A stretch of 38,754 nt of DNA from Elusimicrobiota bacterium (GTDB lineage Bacteria; CG03; SLGR01; JBDRKX01). The position numbers were made by a program, and so were the translations under genes. Below are positions 19,640 through 28,209 of this stretch, one piece after another. A model generated the notes under the pieces. That model made no database searches and was not told the origin of the DNA. It worked only from the letters and a program-made list of their open reading frames with translations. Where the stretch lies: positions 1 through 38,754 of the forward strand of contig JBDRKX010000081.1 of NCBI GenBank assembly GCA_043813605.1. Direction: 5' to 3'. The first letter of the stretch is position 1, and each line of letters begins with the position of its first letter.

Positions 19640-21463
19640 TTGACAAAAAGACATAAACTAATTTTTCTTTTAATAATAACCGCCTGCCTGGCAGTCTATA
19701 TCATTACCATAGATTTTAATGCAATAGGGCACTACAATGATGACGCCTGGTATATCAATGCCGCGAGATACATAGCGGGTGTTCAAGCTGATCAGAAACA
19801 GCTTTCAGGAAGACCTATAGGATATCCGGTACTCCTTGTTCCGATCGCCGGACTTTTTCCTGACAGTCTCCTGCCTTTCAGGTTGTCTTCTCTTTTTTTT
19901 ATCATATCCATGGTTATAATACCGTTTGTTTTTTTTCGGGATCTCTTCGAACCTGACGATCTTCTGATCTTTACGGCGCTTATCGGATTTAATCAGTTTT
20001 CAGTAATATTGAGCGGTGACGTTATTTCCGAAGCCCCGTATCTTTTTTTTAGTTTTATCGCGATACTGGCAATGAAGAAAACCCTGGAAGATCCCGGGAA
20101 CATATCGCGTCTCCTGTTCCTCTCGCTCTTTATGGCTTTTCTCGCATATATCAGGAGCCAGGGTGTTCTTTTTTTCGCGGCTGTGTTCATCTGGTTTGTA
20201 TCTATGAAGAAGATAAGGGAGCTGGCATACCTTGCTTTTTTTTATATGATCCTGATCCTGCCGCTGCTTGTGCCGGGTATTACAGCAGGCAGTTCAATTG
20301 ATAAATATGCCGGGGAGATCGGCTCCGTGTATGGTAATTCTTCAGCTCTGGATATTGTTTTCGGCAATATCGCATATTACTTCAAGTGGGGCATCTATAC
20401 CGGGATCGCGGGGATAGTGAAGACAGATTGGAATTCTTTTATGTTTTCTGTTCCGCTGGTCATCATTGTGTCATCTCTGTTGTTTTTCTTTATGGCAGCG
20501 GGTTTTATAAGGAAAGATATACCGGAATATATGAAGCCGGTGCGGATATATGTCATATTGTATCTGTTAATGCATATTTTTTGGATTAATTTCACATTAC
20601 GTTATTTAATACCCGTATTCCCGTTCCTCCTGTATTTTCTTATGCTCGGTTTTCTGAAACCGGGCAGGAGGTTTTCCCGGATAGCCTGTCTGTTACTCAT
20701 GGCGTTCTATATTCATACATCAGTAATAATTATATCGGAGGCATCGCGTTCCGGCGAGGGGTCCCCAAAAAGGACGCTTCAGACATATGAATGGATAAAA
20801 CAGAATATCCCGGAAAAAGCCGTATGCTACAGCAATTTTTCCGAGAGGCTGTTTCTTATGACCGGAAGAAGAGCACATATCATGGAACCCGGGACAAGAG
20901 ACGAACTCTACCAAAAGCTTCTTACGGGAAATATCGATTATGTAGTACTGTTCACGAGCAGGTTCCTGCAGAAAACCTCAGGGTATTCTCCTCAAATGAT
21001 AAAACACAGGCGTATAGGTTTCTATATGAATGACATATCAAGATACAGGCAGGTCTATGAGGATACTGATGAAAAAACAGGTGTCTGGCAGGTATTGAAA
21101 AGTACGTCGTTCCTGCCGGCATCAAAACTGGCGCATCAGGGAATGAACTGCTATTCGGCCGGGAAACCGCAGGAGGCCGCGGAAGCTCTTAAGAAGGCAC
21201 TGGAAATCCACACCGATTATCCTTCAGTTTCAGTGAATCTGGCACTGCTCCTCATTGAAAAGGGGGACTATTCCGGCGCAAAAGATGTCATTGACAGGGC
21301 TATAACACTATATAAGAACAGTCCGCCGTTATTTTCGATACGTGCGCGTCTTGAAGAATTTCAGGGGAAAGACAAAGATGCCCGTTATGACCGCCTCAGA
21401 GCAGACAGGTTGAATGAGTACCTCGGGAACCGGAATGACCCTGATAATCAGGATAAACAGTGA
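19640..21463 (+). CDS. GT-C-like (ArnT/PMT-type) multi-pass membrane glycosyltransferase with C-terminal TPR repeats
   Basis: YNDDAWY acidic pair after TM1, RPIGYP, ISEAPYLFF, RYLIPVFP, about 11 TM segments, TPR-like tail (AAEALKKALEIHTDY). TTG start with no clear SD. Confidence 0.75.
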   Translation: MTKRHKLIFLLIITACLAVYIITIDFNAIGHYNDDAWYINAARYIAGVQADQKQLSGRPIGYPVLLVPIAGLFPDSLLPFRLSSLFFIISMVIIPFVFFRDLFEPDDLLIFTALIGFNQFSVILSGDVISEAPYLFFSFIAILAMKKTLEDPGNISRLLFLSLFMAFLAYIRSQGVLFFAAVFIWFVSMKKIRELAYLAFFYMILILPLLVPGITAGSSIDKYAGEIGSVYGNSSALDIVFGNIAYYFKWGIYTGIAGIVKTDWNSFMFSVPLVIIVSSLLFFFMAAGFIRKDIPEYMKPVRIYVILYLLMHIFWINFTLRYLIPVFPFLLYFLMLGFLKPGRRFSRIACLLLMAFYIHTSVIIISEASRSGEGSPKRTLQTYEWIKQNIPEKAVCYSNFSERLFLMTGRRAHIMEPGTRDELYQKLLTGNIDYVVLFTSRFLQKTSGYSPQMIKHRRIGFYMNDISRYRQVYEDTDEKTGVWQVLKSTSFLPASKLAHQGMNCYSAGKPQEAAEALKKALEIHTDYPSVSVNLALLLIEKGDYSGAKDVIDRAITLYKNSPPLFSIRARLEEFQGKDKDARYDRLRADRLNEYLGNRNDPDNQDKQ

Positions 21464-21464
21464 T

Positions 21465-21520
21465 TTGACAATATGCTGTTTATGTATTAGAATTTTAATG
21501 CAGTATGACTGTAAAGGAGG
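21465..21520 (+). promoter_or_regulatory. Strong sigma70 promoter and SD of the major pilin
   Basis: TTGACA (21465-21470), 17 nt, TAGAAT (21488-21493); AAGGAGG at 21514-21520. Confidence 0.8.
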
Positions 21521-21528
21521 TGATAAAA

Positions 21529-22002
21529 GTGAGAATGAAAAAAGAAAAAGGTTTCACTCTTATCGAGTTGATGATCGTTGTAGCAATAATTGGTATCTTA
21601 GCGGCTGTAGCAATTCCAAAATTCGCCGATCTCATCGATAAGGCAAAGGAAGCCAAAACAAAAGGAAATCTCAGTGCAATCAGAAGTGCTGTTTCGATTT
21701 ACTACGGTTCCGAAGAAGGGACAGCGCCGAATGCTCTTTCCGGTCTCGTATCCGATTACATGTCACGACTCCCCGGAGGAGAAGTACCTTATTGTGACCA
21801 AGCTACCGGCGGAAGCGACACAAACTGGACATGGGCAGACAACGCCACAGATAATGACGCGGATTATGACAGCGCCGGAACAGGAAGCGGCAACGGAGAA
21901 GCGACCGACGGCTGGTCGTACGATTCGGGCGAACCTGAAGTATGGGTAGAGCTTGATTCGGACTACACCGACACAAAAGGAAACGCCATATACGAGTGGT
22001 AA
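21529..22002 (+). CDS. pilA: Type IV pilin, probable major subunit
   Basis: Prepilin motif KG|FTLIELMIVVAIIGILAAVAIPKF; GTG 8 nt after AAGGAGG (ATG 21535 alternative); own promoter and terminator; C-ending codon bias. Confidence 0.88.
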   Translation: MRMKKEKGFTLIELMIVVAIIGILAAVAIPKFADLIDKAKEAKTKGNLSAIRSAVSIYYGSEEGTAPNALSGLVSDYMSRLPGGEVPYCDQATGGSDTNWTWADNATDNDADYDSAGTGSGNGEATDGWSYDSGEPEVWVELDSDYTDTKGNAIYEW

Positions 22003-22022
22003 CCTGATACTGACACAGAGTT

Positions 22023-22057
22023 AAAAGCGGGGAGAAGAAATTTTCCCCGCTTTTTTT
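22023..22057 (+). terminator. Rho-independent terminator after the major pilin
   Basis: AAAAGCGGGGAGAA-gaaa-TTTTCCCCGC followed by T7. Confidence 0.9.
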
Positions 22058-22098
22058 ATGTATATGCAGCAGGATTACAGGATATACCCGGTTGCTTC

Positions 22099-22127
22099 TG
22101 GAAATAAAAGAGACTAATTGCTATAAT
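22099..22127 (+). promoter_or_regulatory. Putative extended -10 promoter for the second pilin
   Basis: TGGAAA, 17 nt, TGc-TATAAT (22122-22127). Confidence 0.55.
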
Positions 22128-22152
22128 CTTAAATATTTCTAATAAATAACCG

Positions 22153-22641
22153 ATGTCAATATATAAAAAATCAAGAGAGAAATGGGGGTTCACGCTTATC
22201 GAACTGATGATAGTCGTTGCTATTATCGGTATACTGGCTGCTGTTTCAATACCAAAATTCGCTGACATGTTCGACAGAGCAAGAGAAGCAAGGACAAAGG
22301 GGAATCTTGGAGCAATACGGAGCGCGATGTATATGTATTACGGATCCAGTACGGAAGGGCTCAGAGCGCCAAAAGACCTTACCGGGCTTGTTTCCGGTAA
22401 CTGCATGACAAGAATACCTTCCGGCGTTATCCCGTTCGTAGATACTGATAATAACGGAGATAAAGATGAAACTTATTCATGGGGGATCAATAATCCCGGC
22501 GTACCGGCAGTCTATGATGATGCAGGCACTACGGATAAATCCGCTGCCGGCTGGGCATACGATTCTGATGAAACGGAGATATGGGTAGAGCTGGATTCGG
22601 GGTCGTTTGATCTCTCGGGAAGAGCAATATATCTATGGTGA
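22153..22641 (+). CDS. Second type IV pilin, paralogue of the upstream pilin
   Basis: WG|FTLIELMIVVAIIGILAAVSIPKF; shares TKGNL.AIRSA..YYGS and GW.YDS.E.E.WVELDS...D..G.AIY.W with pilin 1. Confidence 0.9.
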   Translation: MSIYKKSREKWGFTLIELMIVVAIIGILAAVSIPKFADMFDRAREARTKGNLGAIRSAMYMYYGSSTEGLRAPKDLTGLVSGNCMTRIPSGVIPFVDTDNNGDKDETYSWGINNPGVPAVYDDAGTTDKSAAGWAYDSDETEIWVELDSGSFDLSGRAIYLW

Positions 22642-22675
22642 CAATAATAACAGTTTATCTTAAAGACATACCAGG

Positions 22676-23716
22676 ATGAAAAATAAAACCATTATTTACC
22701 TGCTTATAGCTGCCAATATCCTTGTATATGTGACTGTCGGGTTGTTATTAGGGGTAAATATCGATTCTTTTGGAAAGGTCTTTTTCCCGAAAGAAAGCAG
22801 GCTGAACGACATCAGGGACATTCTTCGTCTCGATCCCGGAAAACACAGGATCGTTCCTGATGTCAGGGTACTGATATCCGAAAAAATATCTGAAAAAGTT
22901 GTAAGGAAGAAGATAATCTTCAGGCTTGAAAAAGATCTAAGGGCTAGAGATGCCATCAGTAAACAGCCTGAAATTGCAGAAACTAGGGGTTTTATCTTTC
23001 ATCCTCCGGATATTTTCAGGAAATACCCGGCAGTCCTGGTATTTCACGGACACGGGGAGGGTGTGGAGAATACTTCTATAACTAAAGATGCGTATGATCT
23101 TTGTAAGGAACTTGCGGAAAACGGTTTTGTCTCTTTTACATTCAGCCTGAAAGACATAGAGAAGAGCATGGGTTATGATGACCACAGGAAAGCATCACGT
23201 ACGCAGATAGTGAAAGGCTGTCCTATATTAAGCGTCTATATTTATGCCGGGATAAGAGCGCTTGATTACCTGACATATGCGGATTTTGCCGACAGGGACC
23301 GTCTTGGTGTAGCCGGGGAGAGTATGGGCGGACATGCGGCTGTCTACCTGGCAGCGCTTGATAACAGGGTTAAGAGTGTCGTCAACGCCGCTTATTTCAG
23401 GTCATACTCAGAACTTCCTGCTGATCCCGAGATATGCACATGCAATTATCTGCCCGGCATGGCAGAGAAATATGATTTTCCGGTCATAGCCTCGCTCATT
23501 TCGCCAAGACCCGCGGCATATTGTATAGGAGAGAATGATATGAATACATCGCTGGAAACTGCCGAACGGCTGCTCGAGACGATAGTACTGCCCGAATACC
23601 AAAAGCGTTCCAAGAAGGATAACCTTGTGATGTTTAAGCATACCGGCGGTCACAACATGCCTGTCGGGTATGCCGTGCAAAGGTTTAAGAAGACACTTTA
23701 TCGAGATGTTCGTTGA
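22676..23716 (+). CDS. Membrane-anchored alpha/beta hydrolase (dienelactone hydrolase/acetylxylan esterase-like)
   Basis: N-terminal TM helix, PAVLVFHGHG, GESMGG nucleophile elbow, GEND, GGH catalytic His. Confidence 0.8.
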   Translation: MKNKTIIYLLIAANILVYVTVGLLLGVNIDSFGKVFFPKESRLNDIRDILRLDPGKHRIVPDVRVLISEKISEKVVRKKIIFRLEKDLRARDAISKQPEIAETRGFIFHPPDIFRKYPAVLVFHGHGEGVENTSITKDAYDLCKELAENGFVSFTFSLKDIEKSMGYDDHRKASRTQIVKGCPILSVYIYAGIRALDYLTYADFADRDRLGVAGESMGGHAAVYLAALDNRVKSVVNAAYFRSYSELPADPEICTCNYLPGMAEKYDFPVIASLISPRPAAYCIGENDMNTSLETAERLLETIVLPEYQKRSKKDNLVMFKHTGGHNMPVGYAVQRFKKTLYRDVR

Positions 23717-24503
23717 GATCTATTTTCTTTTAATGACATTTGTTTTAGGGCTCATACTTGGGAGTTTCGCCAATGTGTGCATATTGCGTATTCCGAAAGA
23801 AGCCTCCATAATCACTCCCGGTTCTCATTGTCCTCTCTGTATGAAAAGTCTGCGATGGTATCATAATATTCCTCTTTTGAGCTATATATTCCTCGGCGGC
23901 AAATGCGCATACTGCCGGTCGCCTATAAGTATAAGGTATCCTCTTGTAGAACTAGTAACAGGATTACTGACACTTTCCTGGTTTATCAGTTTCGGATTCA
24001 CCTCATTATCTTTTATCCTTGTGCCGTTCGGACTCCTGATAATAATAATGTCCGGCATAGATTTCGAACACTACATACTTCCGCAGGAACTTACTTATAC
24101 CCTGATGGCGGCCGGGCTTCTCTCTTCTTTTTTTAATCCGTACATGGAAAACCTTTTCAGTGATAAACTGATAGGCAGATTTTTCTATTCTTCGGTATGC
24201 CTGGCGTCTGGCGGAGGGATAATATTTATCATACGATTACTTGGAACACTGGCTTTCAAAAAAGAAGCCATGGGTATAGGAGACATCAAGCTGATGATGG
24301 GTATAGGCGCTTATGCCGGCCTTAAGGGTATTTTCTGGACCATATTCATCGGAAGCCTGCTGGGCAGTATCGCCGGCCTGTTCATGATAATAAAAGGCCG
24401 GAAGGAAAAGTTAGGATATATACCTTTCGGGCCTTTCCTGAGCGGGGGGGCGGTAATCTATATGCATCTGGGCAGAATACTTGACAGGTTCATCTCATTA
24501 TGA
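23706..24503 (+). CDS. pilD: Prepilin peptidase / N-methyltransferase
   Basis: GSFANVCILRIP, SHCPLC, KCAYC, IDFEHYILP, MGIGDIKL, IPFGPFL. ATG 23706 preferred. Confidence 0.96.
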   Translation: MFVEIYFLLMTFVLGLILGSFANVCILRIPKEASIITPGSHCPLCMKSLRWYHNIPLLSYIFLGGKCAYCRSPISIRYPLVELVTGLLTLSWFISFGFTSLSFILVPFGLLIIIMSGIDFEHYILPQELTYTLMAAGLLSSFFNPYMENLFSDKLIGRFFYSSVCLASGGGIIFIIRLLGTLAFKKEAMGIGDIKLMMGIGAYAGLKGIFWTIFIGSLLGSIAGLFMIIKGRKEKLGYIPFGPFLSGGAVIYMHLGRILDRFISL

Positions 24504-25655
24504 TGTACATGAACCTTCCTGTTTTTCTATATAGCGCGCGGCCCATTCCATACCCAGGCAGAAACCTGCCAGACCGAAAGCCATAAGCGGCGCCGCAGTT
24601 GCGCCAAACCTGATATCTACAGAACTCCTTCCGGCTACTCTTGTCGAGAGTATAAACGAATAGGGCAGTATATACAGAGCTCCCCAGAAAAAAAGTTGCC
24701 GTCCTTTACTGCTGGCAAGAAGCACCGGTAATCCGATCCATACGGGATATATGAGGAAAACAAGATCTACCGGAGTGGACAAAAGGTGTTTTGAAGCTTT
24801 TGTCAGTACTTCGTAATAGCCAAGTATGATCCTCTTCACTATCACAGGAATACTGTGCATTCCGAAAATATAACTGAAAAGGTTCATATTAGTATCCTCA
24901 TAGGGCCTTAAGAGGCTTTCTTCTTCTGTGATGGTTTTAAGTACTACCGCTTTTTCATGTTGTGCGTAGAACCTGGCATGCCTGTTGATTACGTAAAAGA
25001 AGGAGCCTTTGTCTTTATAGCAGTTAAAATAAAAAGGGCCGGCAATTGTAGCTGTAACGGTAAGAAAGAGCAGAAGATGCCTGTATGCTGACCGGTGTCC
25101 ATCTCTTTTGATGAAGCATATGATTCCGGTTACCGCAATAATAATTGATTCAAATCTGAGAAGAAAAAGCAGACCGGAAAAAATACCCAGTGTAACTGCA
25201 GACGAGTAGGAGGTTTTAAGAAAGAAGACCATATGAGTAAAAAAAAGAAGCATGAACAGGTATATTTCAAGCCTGTGTGCCCTGACCGGGCTGTAAAACA
25301 TGTACGGGATGAATATGTAGAAAACGGTGCCTGCAAAAGCCGGCAGTGGTCCGATATTCCTTTTAATAAACATGTACATTACTATAGCAGAAAGGATCGA
25401 GAAGAACAGGGCCGTCAAGCGCATACCGGTTTTGGGATCCGCTGTCAGAGAAGAACTTATTCTGGTTACCAGTATCCAGAGTGGTTCTCTCGGAGAGGCC
25501 TCATAGAAGTTGCGCATCTGTACCGAGTAATCAAGGAATCCTCCGGCGTCTCCCGAAAGTCCGGTGCCGGATGAGAGCAGAATAAACTGCAGCTTGATTA
25601 TTGTAGAAACTGCGAGCAGGATAATAAAGAGTATCAGTAGCGCATTCTTTTTCAT
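24498..25655 (-). CDS. GT-C-like (ArnT/PMT-type) membrane glycosyltransferase
   Basis: TM1 followed by SGDAGGF...REPLW, multiple TM segments, LLRFE, DIRF; ATG 25655 (MKKNALL) sits behind a matching promoter. Confidence 0.65.
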   Translation of the reverse strand: MKKNALLILFIILLAVSTIIKLQFILLSSGTGLSGDAGGFLDYSVQMRNFYEASPREPLWILVTRISSSLTADPKTGMRLTALFFSILSAIVMYMFIKRNIGPLPAFAGTVFYIFIPYMFYSPVRAHRLEIYLFMLLFFTHMVFFLKTSYSSAVTLGIFSGLLFLLRFESIIIAVTGIICFIKRDGHRSAYRHLLLFLTVTATIAGPFYFNCYKDKGSFFYVINRHARFYAQHEKAVVLKTITEEESLLRPYEDTNMNLFSYIFGMHSIPVIVKRIILGYYEVLTKASKHLLSTPVDLVFLIYPVWIGLPVLLASSKGRQLFFWGALYILPYSFILSTRVAGRSSVDIRFGATAAPLMAFGLAGFCLGMEWAARYIEKQEGSCTS

Positions 25656-25662
25656 CAGTTTT

Positions 25663-25691
25663 AAAATAGTAAATAGGCGGCTGAAAGTCAA
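25663..25691 (-). promoter_or_regulatory. Promoter for the minus-strand GT-C gene, leaderless architecture
   Basis: Minus strand TTGACT (25691-25686), 17 nt, TATTTT (25668-25663), then 7 nt to ATG; no SD. Confidence 0.6.
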
Positions 25692-25716
25692 TATGAAATC
25701 CAAACAGCCGGTTAAC

Positions 25717-25746
25717 TTGATTTTTATTATTCAAATAAATTATAAT
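25717..25746 (+). promoter_or_regulatory. Putative promoter for the amidase-murI operon
   Basis: TTGATT, 18 nt, TATAAT (25741-25746). Confidence 0.5.
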
Positions 25747-25829
25747 CCTAATCGTTCCCGAAGTCAGTTCATACATAAGGGATCAGCTGTTGCAGATGCA
25801 ACTGATATTGCGGGTGATTACCGGCAAAA

Positions 25830-27389
25830 ATGAGGCAAAAAATGCGGAATATAAGACAACTTTTAATGATCGTTCTGCTTCTGTTGACAGTCCTTTCTGT
25901 GGATATTGTCATATCTGCCGAACAGTGTGTTTCAATAGATATCATAGTCGACGGGAAAAACTCGTGCAAGAAAGACCTTGTCCTGATAAAAAATATGGGC
26001 TACTTGAAAGCCAGAGATATTTCCGATATATTCGGTGCTTCACTTGAATATAGGAAATCCGAAAATCAGATCATTTATACATGGAACACTATTGACCCGG
26101 ATAACAGGGATGCGGGGAAGGTGGTCTTTACAATCGGCAGCGAATATGTAGTGATGGACGGTATAAAAAGAAAAATGAGAAAAAGTCCGCAGATCATAGA
26201 CGGTCAATCATACATACCGCTTGAAGCGGTTATAACGAGGGCTTTTGAAAGTGCGGTTGGTGTACAGATAAAATGGGATTTCCAGAAGAAGAGTCTCTGG
26301 CTGGCATATAAAGGCAACATAGCAGGTATACGGAAATACTGTTACGATAATTATACCAGGTTTGTAGTAGAATTGACTGAAGACCTTGATTACAGTCTTA
26401 AAAGGGAAGAAAGCTCCATCGATCTTTTTATTAAAAAAGGGAAACTGTCTTTTCCTGAGACCGCTGCGGTATCGGGTATGGGGGCAATTAAAAAAATAGA
26501 AGTGTACGAAGGCGCTCAAGGGCTCAGGCTGATACTCCATACAGAAGAAAACGCCGCGGGGCATAAGGTAAAAAAACTTCCCGGCCCGCCCAGGATAGTA
26601 CTTGATATTGAGCATCTTGAAACTGAGGTTAGAGAACCTCCGGAACCTGTAGATAAACTGCCTCCGGTTCCGGCAGGACCGGCAAAGAGGGACAAGGCTA
26701 ATATCAGAGATATAAACCTTGTGGTGATAGATCCCGGGCATGGCGGAAAGGATCCCGGCGCGATCGGGCCGAGAGGCACACGGGAAAAAGACATCACGTT
26801 GAGTATTGCCAACAAACTTGCTAAGATGATAAGGCAAAAACTTAAGATAAGAGTTGTGCTTACAAGGACCCATGATACATTCGTGCCGCTTGCCAAAAGG
26901 ACAGAGATCGCTAATGCACAGGATGCCGATATCTTTATCTCTATTCATACGAATGCCGCTCTCAATCCTAAAAGCGGCGGATTTGAAGTGTATTTTCTGG
27001 CAAGTGAGACATCCGACATAGAGGCGCAAGCCGTAGCTAACATGGAGAATTCCGTTCTTGCAATGGAAGAGAACAGTGAGGAGATGAGCAGGGTCTCAAA
27101 AATATTGTGGTCACTTACAATGAATCAGTTCATGAACGAGTCCAGTGAACTCTCAAGTTTTATAAACAGAAACGTAGTAAAGCAGACAGAGCTGGAGGGG
27201 CGCGGGGTAAAACAGGCGGGATTCTATGTTATGAGGGGTGCCCGCATGCCGGCGGTTCTTATAGAAACGGCTTTTATTTCCAATAAGAACGAAGAAAGAA
27301 TGCTATGCAGGGACAATTTCCAGGATAAGATAGCCTATGCAGTTTGTGATGCTGTTGCTGATTATAAGGAATGGGTAAGGAGAAAATAA
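25830..27389 (+). CDS. N-acetylmuramoyl-L-alanine amidase (Amidase_3) with N-terminal stalk/AMIN-like domains
   Basis: Signal peptide, VVIDPGHGGKDPGA, EKDITL, FISIHTNA, MPAVLIETAFISN; AMIN-like TRFVVEL and PRIVLDI. Start uncertain among several Met codons. Confidence 0.92.
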   Translation: MRQKMRNIRQLLMIVLLLLTVLSVDIVISAEQCVSIDIIVDGKNSCKKDLVLIKNMGYLKARDISDIFGASLEYRKSENQIIYTWNTIDPDNRDAGKVVFTIGSEYVVMDGIKRKMRKSPQIIDGQSYIPLEAVITRAFESAVGVQIKWDFQKKSLWLAYKGNIAGIRKYCYDNYTRFVVELTEDLDYSLKREESSIDLFIKKGKLSFPETAAVSGMGAIKKIEVYEGAQGLRLILHTEENAAGHKVKKLPGPPRIVLDIEHLETEVREPPEPVDKLPPVPAGPAKRDKANIRDINLVVIDPGHGGKDPGAIGPRGTREKDITLSIANKLAKMIRQKLKIRVVLTRTHDTFVPLAKRTEIANAQDADIFISIHTNAALNPKSGGFEVYFLASETSDIEAQAVANMENSVLAMEENSEEMSRVSKILWSLTMNQFMNESSELSSFINRNVVKQTELEGRGVKQAGFYVMRGARMPAVLIETAFISNKNEERMLCRDNFQDKIAYAVCDAVADYKEWVRRK

Positions 27390-28180
27390 TGACAGACGAC
27401 AAAAGACCTGTAGGAATATTCGATTCGGGTGTAGGCGGGCTCACTGTACTCCAGGCAGTGGCTGAAAGGCTCCCGAATGAAAATATAATATATTTCGGCG
27501 ATACGGCTCATCTGCCATACGGAAACAAATCCCCTGAAGCGATAATAAAATACTCTCTGGCGGCGTATAAACTTTTAAAAGAGATGGATATAAAGATCAT
27601 GGTTGTAGCATGCAATACGGCTTCTGTATATGCGATTGAGGCTCTGAAAGAAACCGGAGACATCCCTGTCGTGGGAGTCGTTGAATCAGGCGTAGAAGCA
27701 GCAATAAGTATTGCAGTAGAATCGGTGGGAATAATAGGTACATACGGTACAGTAAACAGCAGATCATACGAAGACAAGATAAAACAGAAAAACGCGGACT
27801 TGAAAATATTTTCCAGGGCATGTCCGCTTTTCGTGCCTCTTGTAGAAGAAGGATGGCTTCAACATCCTGTAACACAGAATGTTGCCGAGATATATCTCAG
27901 TGAATTCAGGAATAAGATCGATTCTTTAATACTCGCCTGTACGCATTATCCTTTGTTAAAAGAGATAATTGCCGATACGCTCGGTGAAGAAGTAAGGATA
28001 ATAGATTCTGCTACAGAAGTTGCAATGACTGTAGAGAAAAAAATGACAGAAATGGACATAATTAACAGGACCGAAGATGTACGTTCCATGAATTTCTTTG
28101 TCAGTGACGGTCCTCTGAACTTTATCAGGACAGGAAAGATATTCCTTGGATATCCGATAGAAAACGTAGCTGTAATATAG
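27389..28180 (+). CDS. murI: Glutamate racemase
   Basis: GIFDSGVGGLTV, PYGNKS, VACNTAS, LACTHYP; TAATG overlap with the amidase and AAGGAG RBS. Confidence 0.97.
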   Translation: MTDDKRPVGIFDSGVGGLTVLQAVAERLPNENIIYFGDTAHLPYGNKSPEAIIKYSLAAYKLLKEMDIKIMVVACNTASVYAIEALKETGDIPVVGVVESGVEAAISIAVESVGIIGTYGTVNSRSYEDKIKQKNADLKIFSRACPLFVPLVEEGWLQHPVTQNVAEIYLSEFRNKIDSLILACTHYPLLKEIIADTLGEEVRIIDSATEVAMTVEKKMTEMDIINRTEDVRSMNFFVSDGPLNFIRTGKIFLGYPIENVAVI

Positions 28181-28209
28181 TACCATGTAACAATACGGGA
28201 GGAGCGCAT

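Noticed and set aside
21529..22002. Electrically conductive (e-pilin) interpretation of pilin 1
   Set aside because: About 15 of 149 mature residues are F/Y/W, but positions 27 and 32 are L and K and there is a 25-residue aromatic-free gap (F24 to Y50). No multiheme cytochromes are in the window.
12765..22641. Neisseria-style RecG-dependent pilin antigenic variation
   Set aside because: recG beside rpmB/coaD is ordinary synteny, pilin 2 is full length rather than a silent cassette, and no G4-forming motif precedes the pilin.
26208..27029. 273-aa antisense ORF
   Set aside because: Lies wholly opposite the amidase gene with no motifs or RBS; a shadow ORF, like the many shorter antisense ORFs in the track.
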